Assembly: GCA_964016885.1 (NCBI GenBank)
Contig: OZ024743.1
Location: 284,208,001-284,272,000, forward strand
DNA length: 64,000 bases
Source: Eledone cirrhosa
Lineage: Eukaryota
Reading direction: 5' to 3'
Part shown: one piece after another, positions 14,230 through 27,241 of the stretch
How positions within the stretch are numbered: the stretch's first letter is position 1
Layout of the letters: the number at the start of each line of letters is the position of its first letter
Made by a program: the position numbers and the translations under genes
Notes under the pieces: generated by a model
Told to the model about the DNA's origin: nothing
The model's database searches: none
What the model saw: only the letters and a program-made list of their open reading frames with translations

Positions 14230-14470
14230 CTTTATTTCACATTGCTCCAGTTTACTCAGCTGTAGAAATGAGATGATAGGGACTGGGGTCCATATCATTC
14301 CACTGCAAAGTGGTCGTGGAGGTGCCACGGCAAAAAAGCACCCAGCACTCACTGTAAATGAGGTTGGTGTTAGGAAGAGAATCCAGCTGTAGAAATCAAG
14401 CCAGAATCAGTTCCCGTCCCACCCTTGCAAGCAGGGAAAAAGTGGACGCAAAATGAAATGATGAAATGAA
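14230..14470 (+). mobile_element. SINE family B, 5'-truncated
   Basis: Near-identical to 5240-5515, with one internal repeat unit fewer. Confidence 0.85.
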
Positions 14471-14669
14471 ATAATAAATGAAGAGTGAATAACCAATTTA
14501 GACTTATAACATAATTTTACTCTACGTATGTTTCAATAACTCCAATATAACATAACACACACACACATACATATATATATATGCAAAAAGTAAACAGAAA
14601 CAATAAAGCAAATAACATAGTACAATGAAGAAATATATTAGTTTAACACTTGATATAGAAGGAAAACAG

Positions 14670-14705
14670 TCTTTACGTTTCAGACACTAGTCCTTCATCT
14701 GAAGA
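14670..14705 (-). ncRNA. Degenerate minimal hammerhead-like motif
   Basis: tctt CAGATGA aggactagtgtct GAAAC GTA aaga. The core has CAGA instead of CUGA, so it is probably inactive. Confidence 0.4.
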
Positions 14706-14829
14706 TAGAATGACAAATAAAAAATGAAATAAAAAAAATAGTAAGAAGAGGAAGGAACGGAAAAATCCTTTTTGAGAAAATGCAAAAGTGTATTCAGTCA
14801 GCCATTTAGGATGTATATATATATCAATA

Positions 14830-15027
14830 GATGGATTGCCAAAAACTGTTAGAGCAATGGACCAAATGCTTTGAAACATTTGTTCTGGTTCTTCGCATTC
14901 TGCATTGAAATCAATCCGAGATCAACTTTGCTACTCATCCTCCAAAGTCAATAAAATAAAGTACCAGTCAAGTACTGGGGACAATATAATTCACTAAAAT
15001 TGCTCGCCTTGTGCATATGTTAGAAAG
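14830..15027 (+). mobile_element. Old SINE related to family A (similar relics at ~4245-4460 and ~60895-61075)
   Basis: gatcaactttgctactcatcc...aataaaataaagtaccagt...ttgctcgccttgtgc; diverged. Confidence 0.6.
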
Positions 15028-17032
15028 ATAAGTCCTGCATGTAAAAGTTTATACATATACACACACACACCATACATAAACATACACATATATTTAAGTA
15101 TAAAAGTGATATAGTGTTAAGAAAAGAAAGAATAAAAATGTCATTCTTCCACATTAAATATAAATAGTGGACTAAGAAATTGATATTTAATTACTAAAAC
15201 CATTGCTGTCATAAGGAGACAATGTTTTTATTGCTTTCTTTGAAACAGGAATTTAATTTCTCATTAGTTCTTAAAATATCTCCCAAGTTAGACATTTTAA
15301 CATTGAACATTGTTTGTTATAAGTTGTGAAAAAGTATTATTATTATTATTATTATTATTATCATCATCATCATTCAGTGGTCATATTTTTATCGCGTACT
15401 GACACAGCATTATTGAACATAGCTCTGCATGCCTTGGGTATGTGCAGAGTTGTTTTGGTGTTGTGGTTTCCAAGGGGGAAAAGTGTCTATGTATGCAAAG
15501 CATGCACTGCTTGCCTTACTTTTTTCCAGGATTAATAATTTTTGTATAATATAAAATCAATTATTGATAATTTTCACAATTATCATTGTACTCATAATAT
15601 GTTTTTGTATTTCCCATTCCTTCATTTCTTAGGATAGCTTGTAAACTAGCAATATTATTTAAGAAGTGTAAGTAGAAGAAGCTCCTGTTTACTTAGCAAG
15701 AAAAGAAGAAAAAGCATTGAATTAATTGCATTCCTTTTCTTTTCCTTCTGAGCAGGGAGCATGAAAGAAAAAACAAAGGAATGAGAGGGAGGTCAAAAAG
15801 GAAAGGTAGAGAAAAGCAGAATTTTTTTGCTTGCCTTCCAGTCATAGTAAGAAAAAGCAGTTGTGTTAGTTTCTTTCCTATTCCATATTAATTTTTTTCC
15901 TATTGAGAAAGGAGGATGAAAAAGAGAGACAAAACAAAAGGTGGGTGGGGGGAAAAGAGAAAGGAAAAACAAGTTTTGCTGCTTGCCTTGCTGCTGTATT
16001 AACTTAGCAGGCATACTCTCAACATATTTTCTCCTGAAACACTGATATTTTTATTGCTCCCATACAGCTGAGATCAAAGACATTCATATTCAAAGGATTT
16101 AAAGCTTTTGGACAGATTTAGATGAGAAATAGGTTTTTAGTTAATTTGCAAGTTTGTTTTATTGCTGATTCTGGTTTATTTTGTATGAATATTGTACTAA
16201 AGAGTATATAAGGAGCATTTGGTGATTCTAATGTCACATCTAAAGTTTTACTGCTTTTAAGACCTGGATTCAGTCATGTGACGACTACCCAAACTTTTCC
16301 TTGACAAGTTCACACTTGGAGTGAAAAGGAGCAACCGGAAAAGTTTATTTTTTGTGCTTAAAAAAGTAAAGTTTTCATCCATTTATCCATTTCAATGTTG
16401 CAAAATTCAATTTTAGTTTGTTTATAATTTTTGGCTTCTTTGAAGACAGAAAACAATTTTTTGTTAGGTTTGTACTTGGTAGCTATTTACATTAGCTTTC
16501 ATTTATTCTTTACTAGATATTTTTGTAGTACTACAGTTGATATTTTATAATGGTTTTCTAGTTGCATAAGCCTCCTACCACCTTATATTTGTGGTAAATA
16601 TAATCTTTCTATATCAGATTTTGGGTGGTGCAAGCTAAATGCAGTTGAGTATTCATGTTCTGTAACTCATCACTGATACCACCCATGTGTTTATTGTTAG
16701 TATCATGTTTCTTCCAATTAATCTGGTTTTTAACAGCAATCTTAATCTTATTTTATTTTATTTTCCATTCAGACTCCTTGGATTTATTAACTTATATTAT
16801 TATTACTATTATGATAATGATGGTGTTTAGTTATTTTAATTGATACATAAATAAATGCTCTGCAAATCAGATAAATTTAATGGCTAAATAACTATAATGG
16901 AAAAATGAGATGCATTGTTGTCATGATGACTTCACAAATTTAGATAAAAGTTTTAATAAGCAATTTATATAAAAGACATGCATAGAAAAGAAATTAAAAA
17001 AATATTCATATAATACCCTCCCAACTTCTGAG

Positions 17033-20000
17033 TTGGTACCATGAAAGGTACACATTGAAAGGTTGCTCAAATGAGGTTGTAGAGATGCTTGAACGTAAAG
17101 AAGTTGATATTTGTTGTATTCAAGAGACTAGGCAGAGAGGGGGGGGGGGGTCTGCCAGATTCATCGTGGGTAAAAAACGATGCTATAAACTTTTCTGGGT
17201 GGGAAATGACAACGGACTGGGTGGTGTAGGAATTATGTTAGCTGAAAAAATTGGTAGATAAGGTAATTGACGTAAATAGAGTGAATGACAGAATAATTAA
17301 AATAAGACTAGTTCTAAATAGAACTACTGTGACAATAATATCCGCTTATGCACCCCAATCTGGTCTACCTGATGTTATAAAGGACAGGTTCTATGAGATG
17401 CTAATGCACACTACCTCCCAAATAACCAACAGCGACTACTTAATTATTGCTGGCGATCTAAATGGTCACGTTGGACAACATAGTGATGGCTATGATGGAA
17501 TCCATGGAGGCTATGGGGTTGGAAATAGAAATGAGGAGGGCTTCAGAATCCTGGAATTCTGTGACGCTAATAACCTCACTATCTATAACACAAACTTTAA
17601 AAAAATGAGAAAACCACTTGATCACCTATAGATCAGGGGAACACGCCAGCCAGATAGATTATATCCTTACTAGAAGACGGGACAAAGTGTCTGTTGTAAA
17701 CACTAAATCCTGCCCCCGTGAAGAATGCACCTCCCAACATAGCCTAGTAGTTAGTGACCTCATAGTCAGGAATAGATGTACTCGATGACAGAGGAGGCCT
17801 ACCTTGAGGAGAAGAATATGGAAGTTGAAGGACCCCATAGCCAGTGACAAATTTAAAAGCTTATTACTTGATGCCTTTGACAATAAGGAAAATCAATTAG
17901 AGATGTGCAATATAGAGGAACAGTGGAAATTCTTGAAAGGAACCTGCTGAAAGCAACGGATGAAATCTGTGGCTGGAGGAGACCTATTGGCAGGGGGAGA
18001 GTAACTTGGTGGTGGAACAGTAAGGTGGAGGAGACAATCAAGGCCAAAAAGCAAGCTTGGAAAGTATGGCGGGATGGGGGAAGTAGAGAGCACTATCAAG
18101 TGGCCAGGAGAGAAACTAGGGGACAAGTGTACCTTGCAAAAAAGGAAGCAGAGGATAGAAAGTTCAAGCATGTTCTACAATGTGAGGACCAAAAATGTGA
18201 GGTGTTCAGGATTGCTAGACAATGTGTCAAGGAAAACCGTGATATTATCGGCGAGAAGTGTGTCCGTAATGATAACGGTGTACTTGTGCTCACTGATACT
18301 GATAAGAAGATAGCCTGGAAGTGTCACTATGAGAGACTATTAAATGAGGAGAATAAATGGGAAAAAATTAGTCTGCCCCAAATCGATCCAATAGTGGGAC
18401 CAGCGGTGCAAGTTAAAGGTAGTATAATAAGTAAGGTAATCAAAGATATGAAGACAGGCAAGGCAGCTGGGCCTTCGGAGATAGTTGCTGAGATGTTGAA
18501 GGCATCTGGAATGGTGGGACTTACTATGGTCACCCGTATAGTTAACCAAGTAATACAGAATGGGGTTATACCAAAAGACTGGCGTAGCAGCATCATCATT
18601 AACTGATACAAGGGTAAAGTGGATGCTCTAGATAGGGGAAAGTATAGAGGCATTAAGTTAGTTGACCAGGTCATGAAGGTCACAGAAAGAGTTATAGCGC
18701 AACTAATCAGAGAGTGAATTGATCTAGATGAAATGCAGTTTGGGTTTGTGTCAGGTAAAAGTACCACAGATGCTCTTTTCCTTGTACGACAACTACAGGA
18801 GAAGTACCTAGCTAAAAGTAAACCCCTCTACTTAGCCTTTGTAGACCTGGAGAAAGCCTTTGACAGAGTCCCCAACTCCATTATCTGGTGGGCTCTTAGA
18901 AAACTAGGTGTAGAATTAACAATGAATATTGTGAAGAATTTAGTGTTAAAGTTGATGTTCATCAAGGGTCTGTACTTAGCCCCCTCCTATTTATTATTGC
19001 CCTTCAGGCTATAACAGAGGAGTTCAAGACCGGCTGCCCATGGGAACTCCTATACGCAGATGATCTAACGCTCATAGCTGAATCAATGGCTGAACTAGAG
19101 AAGAAATTCGAAACATGGAAGCATGGCCTAGAATCAAAAAGCCTTAAAGTTAACTTGTCTAAGACTAAAGTTCTAGTTTGTAGAAAGGAAAATAGGGCAC
19201 AGGTGCCCTCAGGGAAATGGCCATGCTCAGTGTGTAGGAAAGGAGTAGGCAGAAATTCCATTTTATGTCCCAAATGCAAAGTATGGGTACATAAAATATG
19301 TAGTGGGATCACAGGTAAACTATCTAAGAACGTAGACTTTATATGTGGCCGATGCTCAGGTGCAATAAGTAGCAAGTGTCCACAGGATACTAGTTCCTTC
19401 TATTGCCCAGATGGTTCTATAGAAATAGTGGACACTTTCCGTTACCTGGGTGACAAAATCAGCAGTGGTGGAGGGTGTTCTGAAAGTACAGTAGCCAGAG
19501 ACAGAATGGCATGGAAAAAGTTCAGAGCTTATACCGTTGTTGGCCACAAAAGGTTTCTCTCTAAAAATGAAAGGCAGATTGTATGATGCCTGTATACGAA
19601 CAGCAATGCTACATGGCAGTGAGACATGGACATTACGGGCAGAGGACCTGCGCAGACTGGAAAGGAACGAAGCATGCATACTCTGTTGGATGTGTAATAG
19701 TAATATACGTGAACGGCAAAGCAAAAATGAACTAAGTGAGAAATCAGGAATAAGAGGGATCAGATGCTGTTTACTCGAGAGAAGACTACGTTGGTATGGC
19801 CACGTGATGGGCATGAAAGACGACAGCTGTATAAAAAAGTGCAGGGCGATCAAAATTGATGGTAGTTACGGAGTAGGTAGACCCAGAAAAACCTGGGACG
19901 ATCTGATAAATTCCGACCTTACACACTTGCACCTCTCTAAGACAATGTCACTGGACCGAGATCTTTGGCGCTACGCAGTAATAGAGAAGACCCGCCTTGC

Positions 20001-20421
20001 CTATGTACAAAGCAAAACCTACAGTCAGTAGGCACCTCTTAATCAAATATACACCCCAACCCACTACCCTATCCTCCCACTCCCACCAACACCACCTTCT
20101 CTCTGTAAAGTTGGTACCACAACATCCAGTCCAAATAAATGAGATAATGAGATCGAGATCGTGTAGGTGTCACAAAAAAAAAGACACACAGTCCACACTG
20201 TAATGTGGCCGTGTACGTAAAATGGTAAAAAGTTCCCAGCTCCACACTGTAAATGTGGTTGGTGTTAGGAAGGACATCCAGCCGTAGAAAACCTGCCAGA
20301 TAGTCCTATATGAGCGAGACACGGTCACCCGACCAACCTTGCCTCAAGTGGGACAACTCCCGTCTAACCCATGCTAACATGGAAGATGGATGTTAAACGA
20401 AGATGATGATGATGATGCTGA
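17033..20421 (+). mobile_element. RTE-clade LINE, near full-length pseudogene (APE endonuclease + RT + PHD-type finger)
   Basis: DICCIQETR, SAYAPQ and GDLNGHVG endonuclease motifs; QFGF, FVDLEKAFD and YADD RT motifs; many stops and frameshifts; (GAT)n tail then (TA)n. Confidence 0.95.
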
Positions 20422-20444
20422 TAATATATATATATATATATATA

Positions 20445-21075
20445 GTATGCAGGTTCCACTATGTGCAAAGTTCAGTGTGGCCAATAACAGTTCTAGTATG
20501 GGCAAGATTTGGCACAGCCAACTAGCCAGACCCTCCCCATAATGGGAACAGACAATTCCACACCGTAAATGTGGTTGGTGTTAGGAAAGGCACCCAGCGG
20601 CTGTAAAAACCCAACCAAAACCCAGTCCCATATGAGCAAGGTATGGCACGGGCCAACTAGCCAGAATTGCCTCAGAGGTGTGACCATCTAGTCCCACACT
20701 GTAAATGTGGTTGGTGCTAGGAAAGGCACTCAGCACCTGTAAAAATCCCAGCCAAATCACAAGTTTCACTGTGAACAAAGTTCGACAAAATTTTCTCATA
20801 ATGGGTCCACCCAGCTCCCAAATATGGATCCGCTTATGAGCAGGATACAACATGGTCCATTATGACAGATCACTGTCATAATGGGACCACCCTGTTCCAC
20901 ACTGTAAACGTGGTTGGTGTTATGAAGGGGATCCGACAGTAAAAACCAGCCAAAATACAGTTCCATTTAAGCAAGCTATGGCAAGCCCAACTGGCCAGAC
21001 TTGCCTCATAACGTGGACGACCAATCTAACCCATGCAGGCATGGAAAATAAAACATTAAACGGTCATGATGATGA
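20445..21075 (+). mobile_element. RTE-related 3'UTR relic with three copies of the ccacactgtaaatgtggttggtgttagg module
   Basis: Module at ~20558, ~20693 and ~20897; ends acccatgcaggcatggaa...(GAT)n. Confidence 0.65.
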
Positions 21076-21150
21076 TACATATGTGCATATATATATGTGT
21101 GTCTATTATATATATATATATCATCATCATATAAGTAGATACATATATAT

Positions 21151-21440
21151 GGAGGCACATGGCTTAGTGGTTAGAACATTGGCTTTGCAATCGAAAGGTT
21201 GTGAGTTCAATTCTCAGACCAGGAGCAAGACACTTTATTTCACATTGCTCCAGTTTACTCAGCTGTAGAAATGAGATGATAGGGACTGGGGTCCCTATCA
21301 TTCCACTGTAAAGTGGACGTGTAGGCACCACGGAAAAAAAAAAAGCACCCAGCTGTAGAAATCAAGCCAAAATCAGTTCCCGTCCCACCCTTGCAAGCAG
21401 GGAAAAAGCGGACGTAAAATGAAATGATGATGATGATGAT
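21151..21440 (+). mobile_element. SINE family B with internal deletions
   Basis: Same head, middle and tail as 5149-5526; flanked by (TA)-rich runs. Confidence 0.88.
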
Positions 21441-22232
21441 ATATATTTACACACACACGTGTGTGTATGTGTGTATATATATATGTATATATATATAGAG
21501 AGAGGGAGGGGGGAGAGAAACAGAGAAAGGAGATAAAACAAAAGATACTGAGATAAATTGTTCTCAATTTTCTTGGTTCATTGATGACACTAAATTTGGA
21601 AATGGTGGAAAAATTGATCCATACAAAGAAAAAGGTGCATATATATAAATAAAGATGCATATATATAAATACACTGGAGTTGATATTGGTATATTTATGT
21701 ATCAGAAGTATACCTATTGGAACATGAAGGAATAACCTCAGGTATTGGACTGAGAATAAAACAGTGTAAAAGAATCTACAAGCCAATAAATGTTACATCA
21801 CACAGAAATGATAGTGATAACTGAGTCATCAGCTGAGGATGTATGATCAGAAGAAAGTTAATTAATAAATTTGACAATACATATAAAACTATGAATGAAT
21901 CTGAGAGAGAGAGAGGGAGAGAAGAGAGAGAGGAGAGAGAGAGGAGAGAGAGAGAGACAGAAGAGGGAGAGAGAGAGAGGAGAGAGAGGAGAAAGGGAAA
22001 GAGAATTTGCTTTGGGAAGTGAAAGAAATTTAAATATTTCCTCAAATATATTTCTTTGCCTTAATGATTTAAGATGTTTTTAATTAGATTGAGCATCCTT
22101 ATTCAAATTTAATTAACACTTATTAAAAACTATTAATCAACATCAGGTTTCTTTTAACACATAAGAGGGGAAAGTTTCTCAGCAGTGGTCTCTAGAATGC
22201 ATACATCAAATTTTTGAAAACTGTTAAAACAG

Positions 22233-22267
<35 letters not shown>

Positions 22268-22610
22268 GCATATATATATATATATACATACACATATATA
22301 TATATATATACATACATATATATACATACACACATACACACATACACACATACACATATATATATATGTGTGTGTGTGTGTGTATGTATATACAATGTGT
22401 TTGCTTTTTTATGTCAAGAAACCTTCTTGAATGTGGCGTGTAAAGCAAATTTGCAAAATTCAAGTCTTTTATTTCTGATACATCAAAAAAATCAAAAACC
22501 ACAAGCATTATAATGCATTATTCACGCTAAGTGAATATTTAATATTTTTTCAAGAGGTGTTAAAGTGAATTCACGTACTTCAAGTTTGCGTAAAAAGCCA
22601 ACAGACTGCA

Positions 22611-22644
<34 letters not shown>

Positions 22645-24159
22645 TGTATGTATGTATGTATTATGAACATACAGACAGTAGCTAACTACAACTCAGAACA
22701 TGCTGTATCACAAATACTACTAAACTAAAAAGGGGTGAAAAAAAAATGTGAACACAAATGATGAAAGCAACACTCACAAAATAACTTGCTATTTGATGAC
22801 AGAATGAATACTTATGTATGTGTCATTACATTTACATACTGTTTGATAATGAATACTCACACATGTGAGTGTGAGTGTGTGCAGGTGTCTAGAAAGTTGG
22901 TGCATCGTGAAGAGAAGGAAAATCTCATAATTTGGTCAACACCCTTCATTGGAGAAAGAATAAACCCATGCTGATACTACTGCCCCCTACTCTCCCTAGT
23001 CTCCTCAAATTTTATTGACTATCCATACTTGGTACTGGACAGCTTGTCTAAATAGTCCTAAAACAAATTATAAACAGATTATATATATACAAACACCCTA
23101 TGTGGGCTTTAAGAGGGAGATAGAAAGAGAGGGAGAGAGAGAAAGAAAAAGAAAAAGAGAGAAATTATACAATAGAGGCAAATTGATATATAGAAGAAAA
23201 GATAGACAGTTAAAAGCAGAGGCAGCAAACTTCATGCAGTTCACAACATCATTTAAAATTGACATTACATATATGGGCAAAGTAAACAAGTCATCATGCA
23301 TAAGTCTAATAGGAACTAAACTAAAAGGAAAATAAAATCAACAAAAAATAATACCTAATACAATAGTTGGGCATAAAGGATAAATGCATCTTAAAGCCAG
23401 AATGAAATAAATTTAACTATTGAAACACCAATCAGTAAATTTCATATAAGTTTTAATACATACATGCAGAGACACATACTTATGAAAGTAAAATTACTGG
23501 TATGTACAGTAGATTAGAATATAGTTGATAAGGTTCTGTGGTCTACTTATAGTGTTGTTTAGCCCTAAGTCAGCTTATGCAGGTATGGCAAGCTACATAT
23601 ATTCTAGTCATTAGAAAAAGCAAAATGAAGGCTTCCCCTTCGGAAGAGTGATGACTCAAGAAGAGAGAAGTCAGCTTTTAGAACACATATATGATCAGGG
23701 GCATTTCAATCATGATCATACATTTTGTCTTTTATTCAGAAAATGTATTGAGGTTGACATTATTCAATGTACCTTTCCTTTTGTAAGACAGGCAGGTATG
23801 ATTTGAAGGAAATCCAACAGTTAATCTTAAACATCAAGCAACTAAGTTTTAGATTATGATCTAGTCAATATTCCTGACTGTAGTTAACTGACATCACTTA
23901 TACTGTTGATGCTTTTGAGGAAGATATAAATATCACAGATCCAGTTTCCCAAACACCTGGAACTGACAAAGCTAAACACACATTGATGAGTACTGATTGA
24001 AAACAAATGAAGCAATTCTTTTAAGTAACAATGATTCAAGGCAAATTCTTAGAATACTATTGTTAAGTTAATATTTTCATTACCAAACTTTCACGGCCCC
24101 TTTGTTTATTCACAAGAAATATATGGTGAAGATGAAAACAATCTACACCCCTAACTTTC

Positions 24160-24207
24160 ATAATTGTTTCTACTTTAGACACAAGGCCAGCAATTACCCA
24201 GTACATA
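24160..24207 (-). mobile_element. SINE family A 3' fragment
   Basis: taattgtttctactttagacacaaggccagcaattacccagt. Confidence 0.7.
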
Positions 24208-24356
24208 ATAATAAGTTTCAAAATATCTAAAACTAAATCTTATGTCATGTAGGTACTAGCACCCTAACAGTTTGGATCCCAAACCAAACATTCAAATAGA
24301 TTTTGTGCTGAAGCACAACAGTCTAGTTCTCTCATCACTTTTGTGTGTGTATATAT

Positions 24357-24417
<61 letters not shown>

Positions 24418-24661
24418 TAAATAAATAAAATAAGAGTAGTTAAGACAGGATTATTTCACCATAATTGCTTTATTGGATGATATATATTTCTGTTACATGG
24501 ATATGCATGTGACTTCATCAGACACTTACACAATCATAGGTGCAGTTACTCAATCGTTGGGATATGTTCGCAGTGATGTATAACCATCCTGTTGTGATGG
24601 CAGCATATATATCCTCGAGAAGTTACAACATAACAATTGCATATAAGCAACTTATCTTCTG

Positions 24662-24698
<37 letters not shown>

Positions 24699-25844
24699 TG
24701 GCTAATTTTCATAGTAAAAAAAATGCCCTGAAAGCATAGTAGCTAGAATAAGAACAAAATGGAAGAATTTCAGGGAGCTACTGTTGACAATAAAAGGTTT
24801 CTCTCTACAAATGAAAGTCAGGCTATATGATGACTATGTGAAGTGTAATATAGCATAGAAGTGAACCATGGGCAGTAAATGCAGAGGAGAGAAATGAAGC
24901 AAGCATTCGGTAAAGTGTAGGACAGTATATGTGCAAGATGCAAACCTCTGGCCTGTGTAGGAGGTCAGTAACTCTGCTTGAGTAATAATTTGGTTGGTAA
25001 AAACCAATCCAACTCTTGCTATGATAGAAAATGGACGTTAAATAATGATGATCATGATGATGTATGTATATATATGTGTGTGTCTGTATAAGTATGTATA
25101 TATCAGTCAATAAAACTGAAAAAAACCCACCACAGAACAATAGATTACAATACCAGTATATTAGGAGAATACTTAAAAAGAAAGAATTGAAATGTTTCAC
25201 CATATATATATATCATCAGCATCTAACATCCACCTTCAAGATATCTTGCTAACATATGGCTCCACATTCTATCAAGTGTATTTTATCGTGGCATCAACAC
25301 TAGAGAGGTTGTCACATCTTTGACACAACTGAGAGGATCCTCCCAACTCTATTTGGAAAGCTTTTTATGACTGTGTGCCCTTCCTATCACCAACCACTTT
25401 ACAGCATGTATTGAGTGCATTGCAGGCATGAAATTGTGGTATATGAAGAGTATGGTGAGTTCACAAGGTGATGAGTAAGGGGAAGGGATGACTGATTGTA
25501 TAGGGGAAGTGTGGATATAGTGGTGGGGTACAGTGATGGAGAAATAGCTAAGGGATGGTAGAAGTGGGAGGTGAACAAGGGGTAGTGAGTAGCTGTTAGG
25601 GTGTGAAAATGAGGGTGTCTAAGGGCTTTATAGGGGAGGGTTTAGCTAAGGAGTGGTACAGGAGGGGGAATGGATGGGGGTGGAGTGACAGTGCAGATAG
25701 CTCCTTGGGAGTGGTAGTAGAAGGGGGGGGATAAGGCACGTCGCATTGTACGCTTGTGACTGGGTTTTCATCAGCACAGCATAGCGCCAGCTCTCATGTT
25801 CCTTTGTCATCTCTGTTGTGAGGCTTAGTTTCTTAAAGTCAGTG

Positions 25845-25876
<32 letters not shown>

Positions 25877-27241
25877 CACTAGTGCTCGTGATCTACACAA
25901 TAAAAGCACCCAGTAAATGTTGTCAAGTGGTTGGTGTTAGGAAGGGCATCCAGTTGTAGAAAGCTTGCCAAACAAGGGGTTAGCAGGATCATTTCCTTTG
26001 TGTCAAAAGATACAACAACTTCTCTGCACTCGATAATGACCATATGTAAGCAGGGTACAGACCCTGGTCTATCTTTGACATCAGTGGCCTCACTTCAATA
26101 CTGACTTGGTCTATGTAGACCCATCCAACTCTAGCTGGAAGTAATCATTTGTGTTAAGACCAGGAGAGGGATGGGGTCTGTCAGGTTTAAATGCTCCATA
26201 GCTATATAACAATGCAGTTATTTCAGTTTCAACTCTTGATCTCAGATCAAATTATAATATAAACAAATATGACTCATCTCCCTCCTGGTCTTATCACAAA
26301 TGATTACTTTCAGAAAAAGAGAAAGAGGAGAGTGAAGGGGTTAAAAGAAGAGGAAAGTGAAAGGGAGAGAAAGAGAGAGGGAGAGAGAGAAAGAAAGAAA
26401 ATCAACTCTAGTACTGGATTGATACTATCTGTTAACATGGCAGAATTTGAACACTGAGAGCATTCTATCTGATATTCTAACAACTCTGTGAATTCCTTGC
26501 TTTAACAGTGTGTATGTTTTATATATTTACCTTGATTATCACAATGACAAATATAATTAGCTTTGCTCTAAAATAATAGAGGCTACAACCCTAGAGAGTA
26601 CATTTAGGTTTGATAACTAAAGCTGGGACTCATTCTGCTTTGGTGCAATCAGTTTTCTCTGAATAAGATTGTTTAGATATCTATAGATATCTAAAATTAA
26701 ATCATTTGGTGCTGTATATTGGATATTCTTATTTAAAATTAATCATTTAATATGCTCTGTGGTGTGTTATGCATACACATATCTCAGCAGGCCATATTTG
26801 TTATATTATTATCAGATTTCAAATATCAATTGTCTTTGTTTCACTTTCATAAATAATGATATGGGGAAAAATAACCATCACAATTTCTCCTTTACCCTAG
26901 CCCATATACATCATCGATTTTACACCCATTTATTCATGGGCACATAGGTTAGATGAGTCCTATGTAAGAAAACATGGCTGTCTGAGCTGAAAGGTATTCA
27001 TATATCCAGCCAAGCAAGAGGTGGATAATTTACATCCTGTCCCAAGCAGTTTGTTGAATCCAGATATGCAACTCTCAAATGATACCACTGTTAGAAGCAG
27101 TATTTATTTTCATTTATCACAGGCAAATATAAGCAAAGGCGTATGAATAGGGGTACACATATATGAACACACACACACACACACACATATACATATATAG
27201 TGGAGGCATGTGGCCTAGTAGTAAGAGTGTTGGACTTGAGG

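Noticed and set aside
22579-22605. 27-nt cassette exon candidate (-)
   Set aside because: Acceptor preceded by (TA)n rather than a pyrimidine tract.
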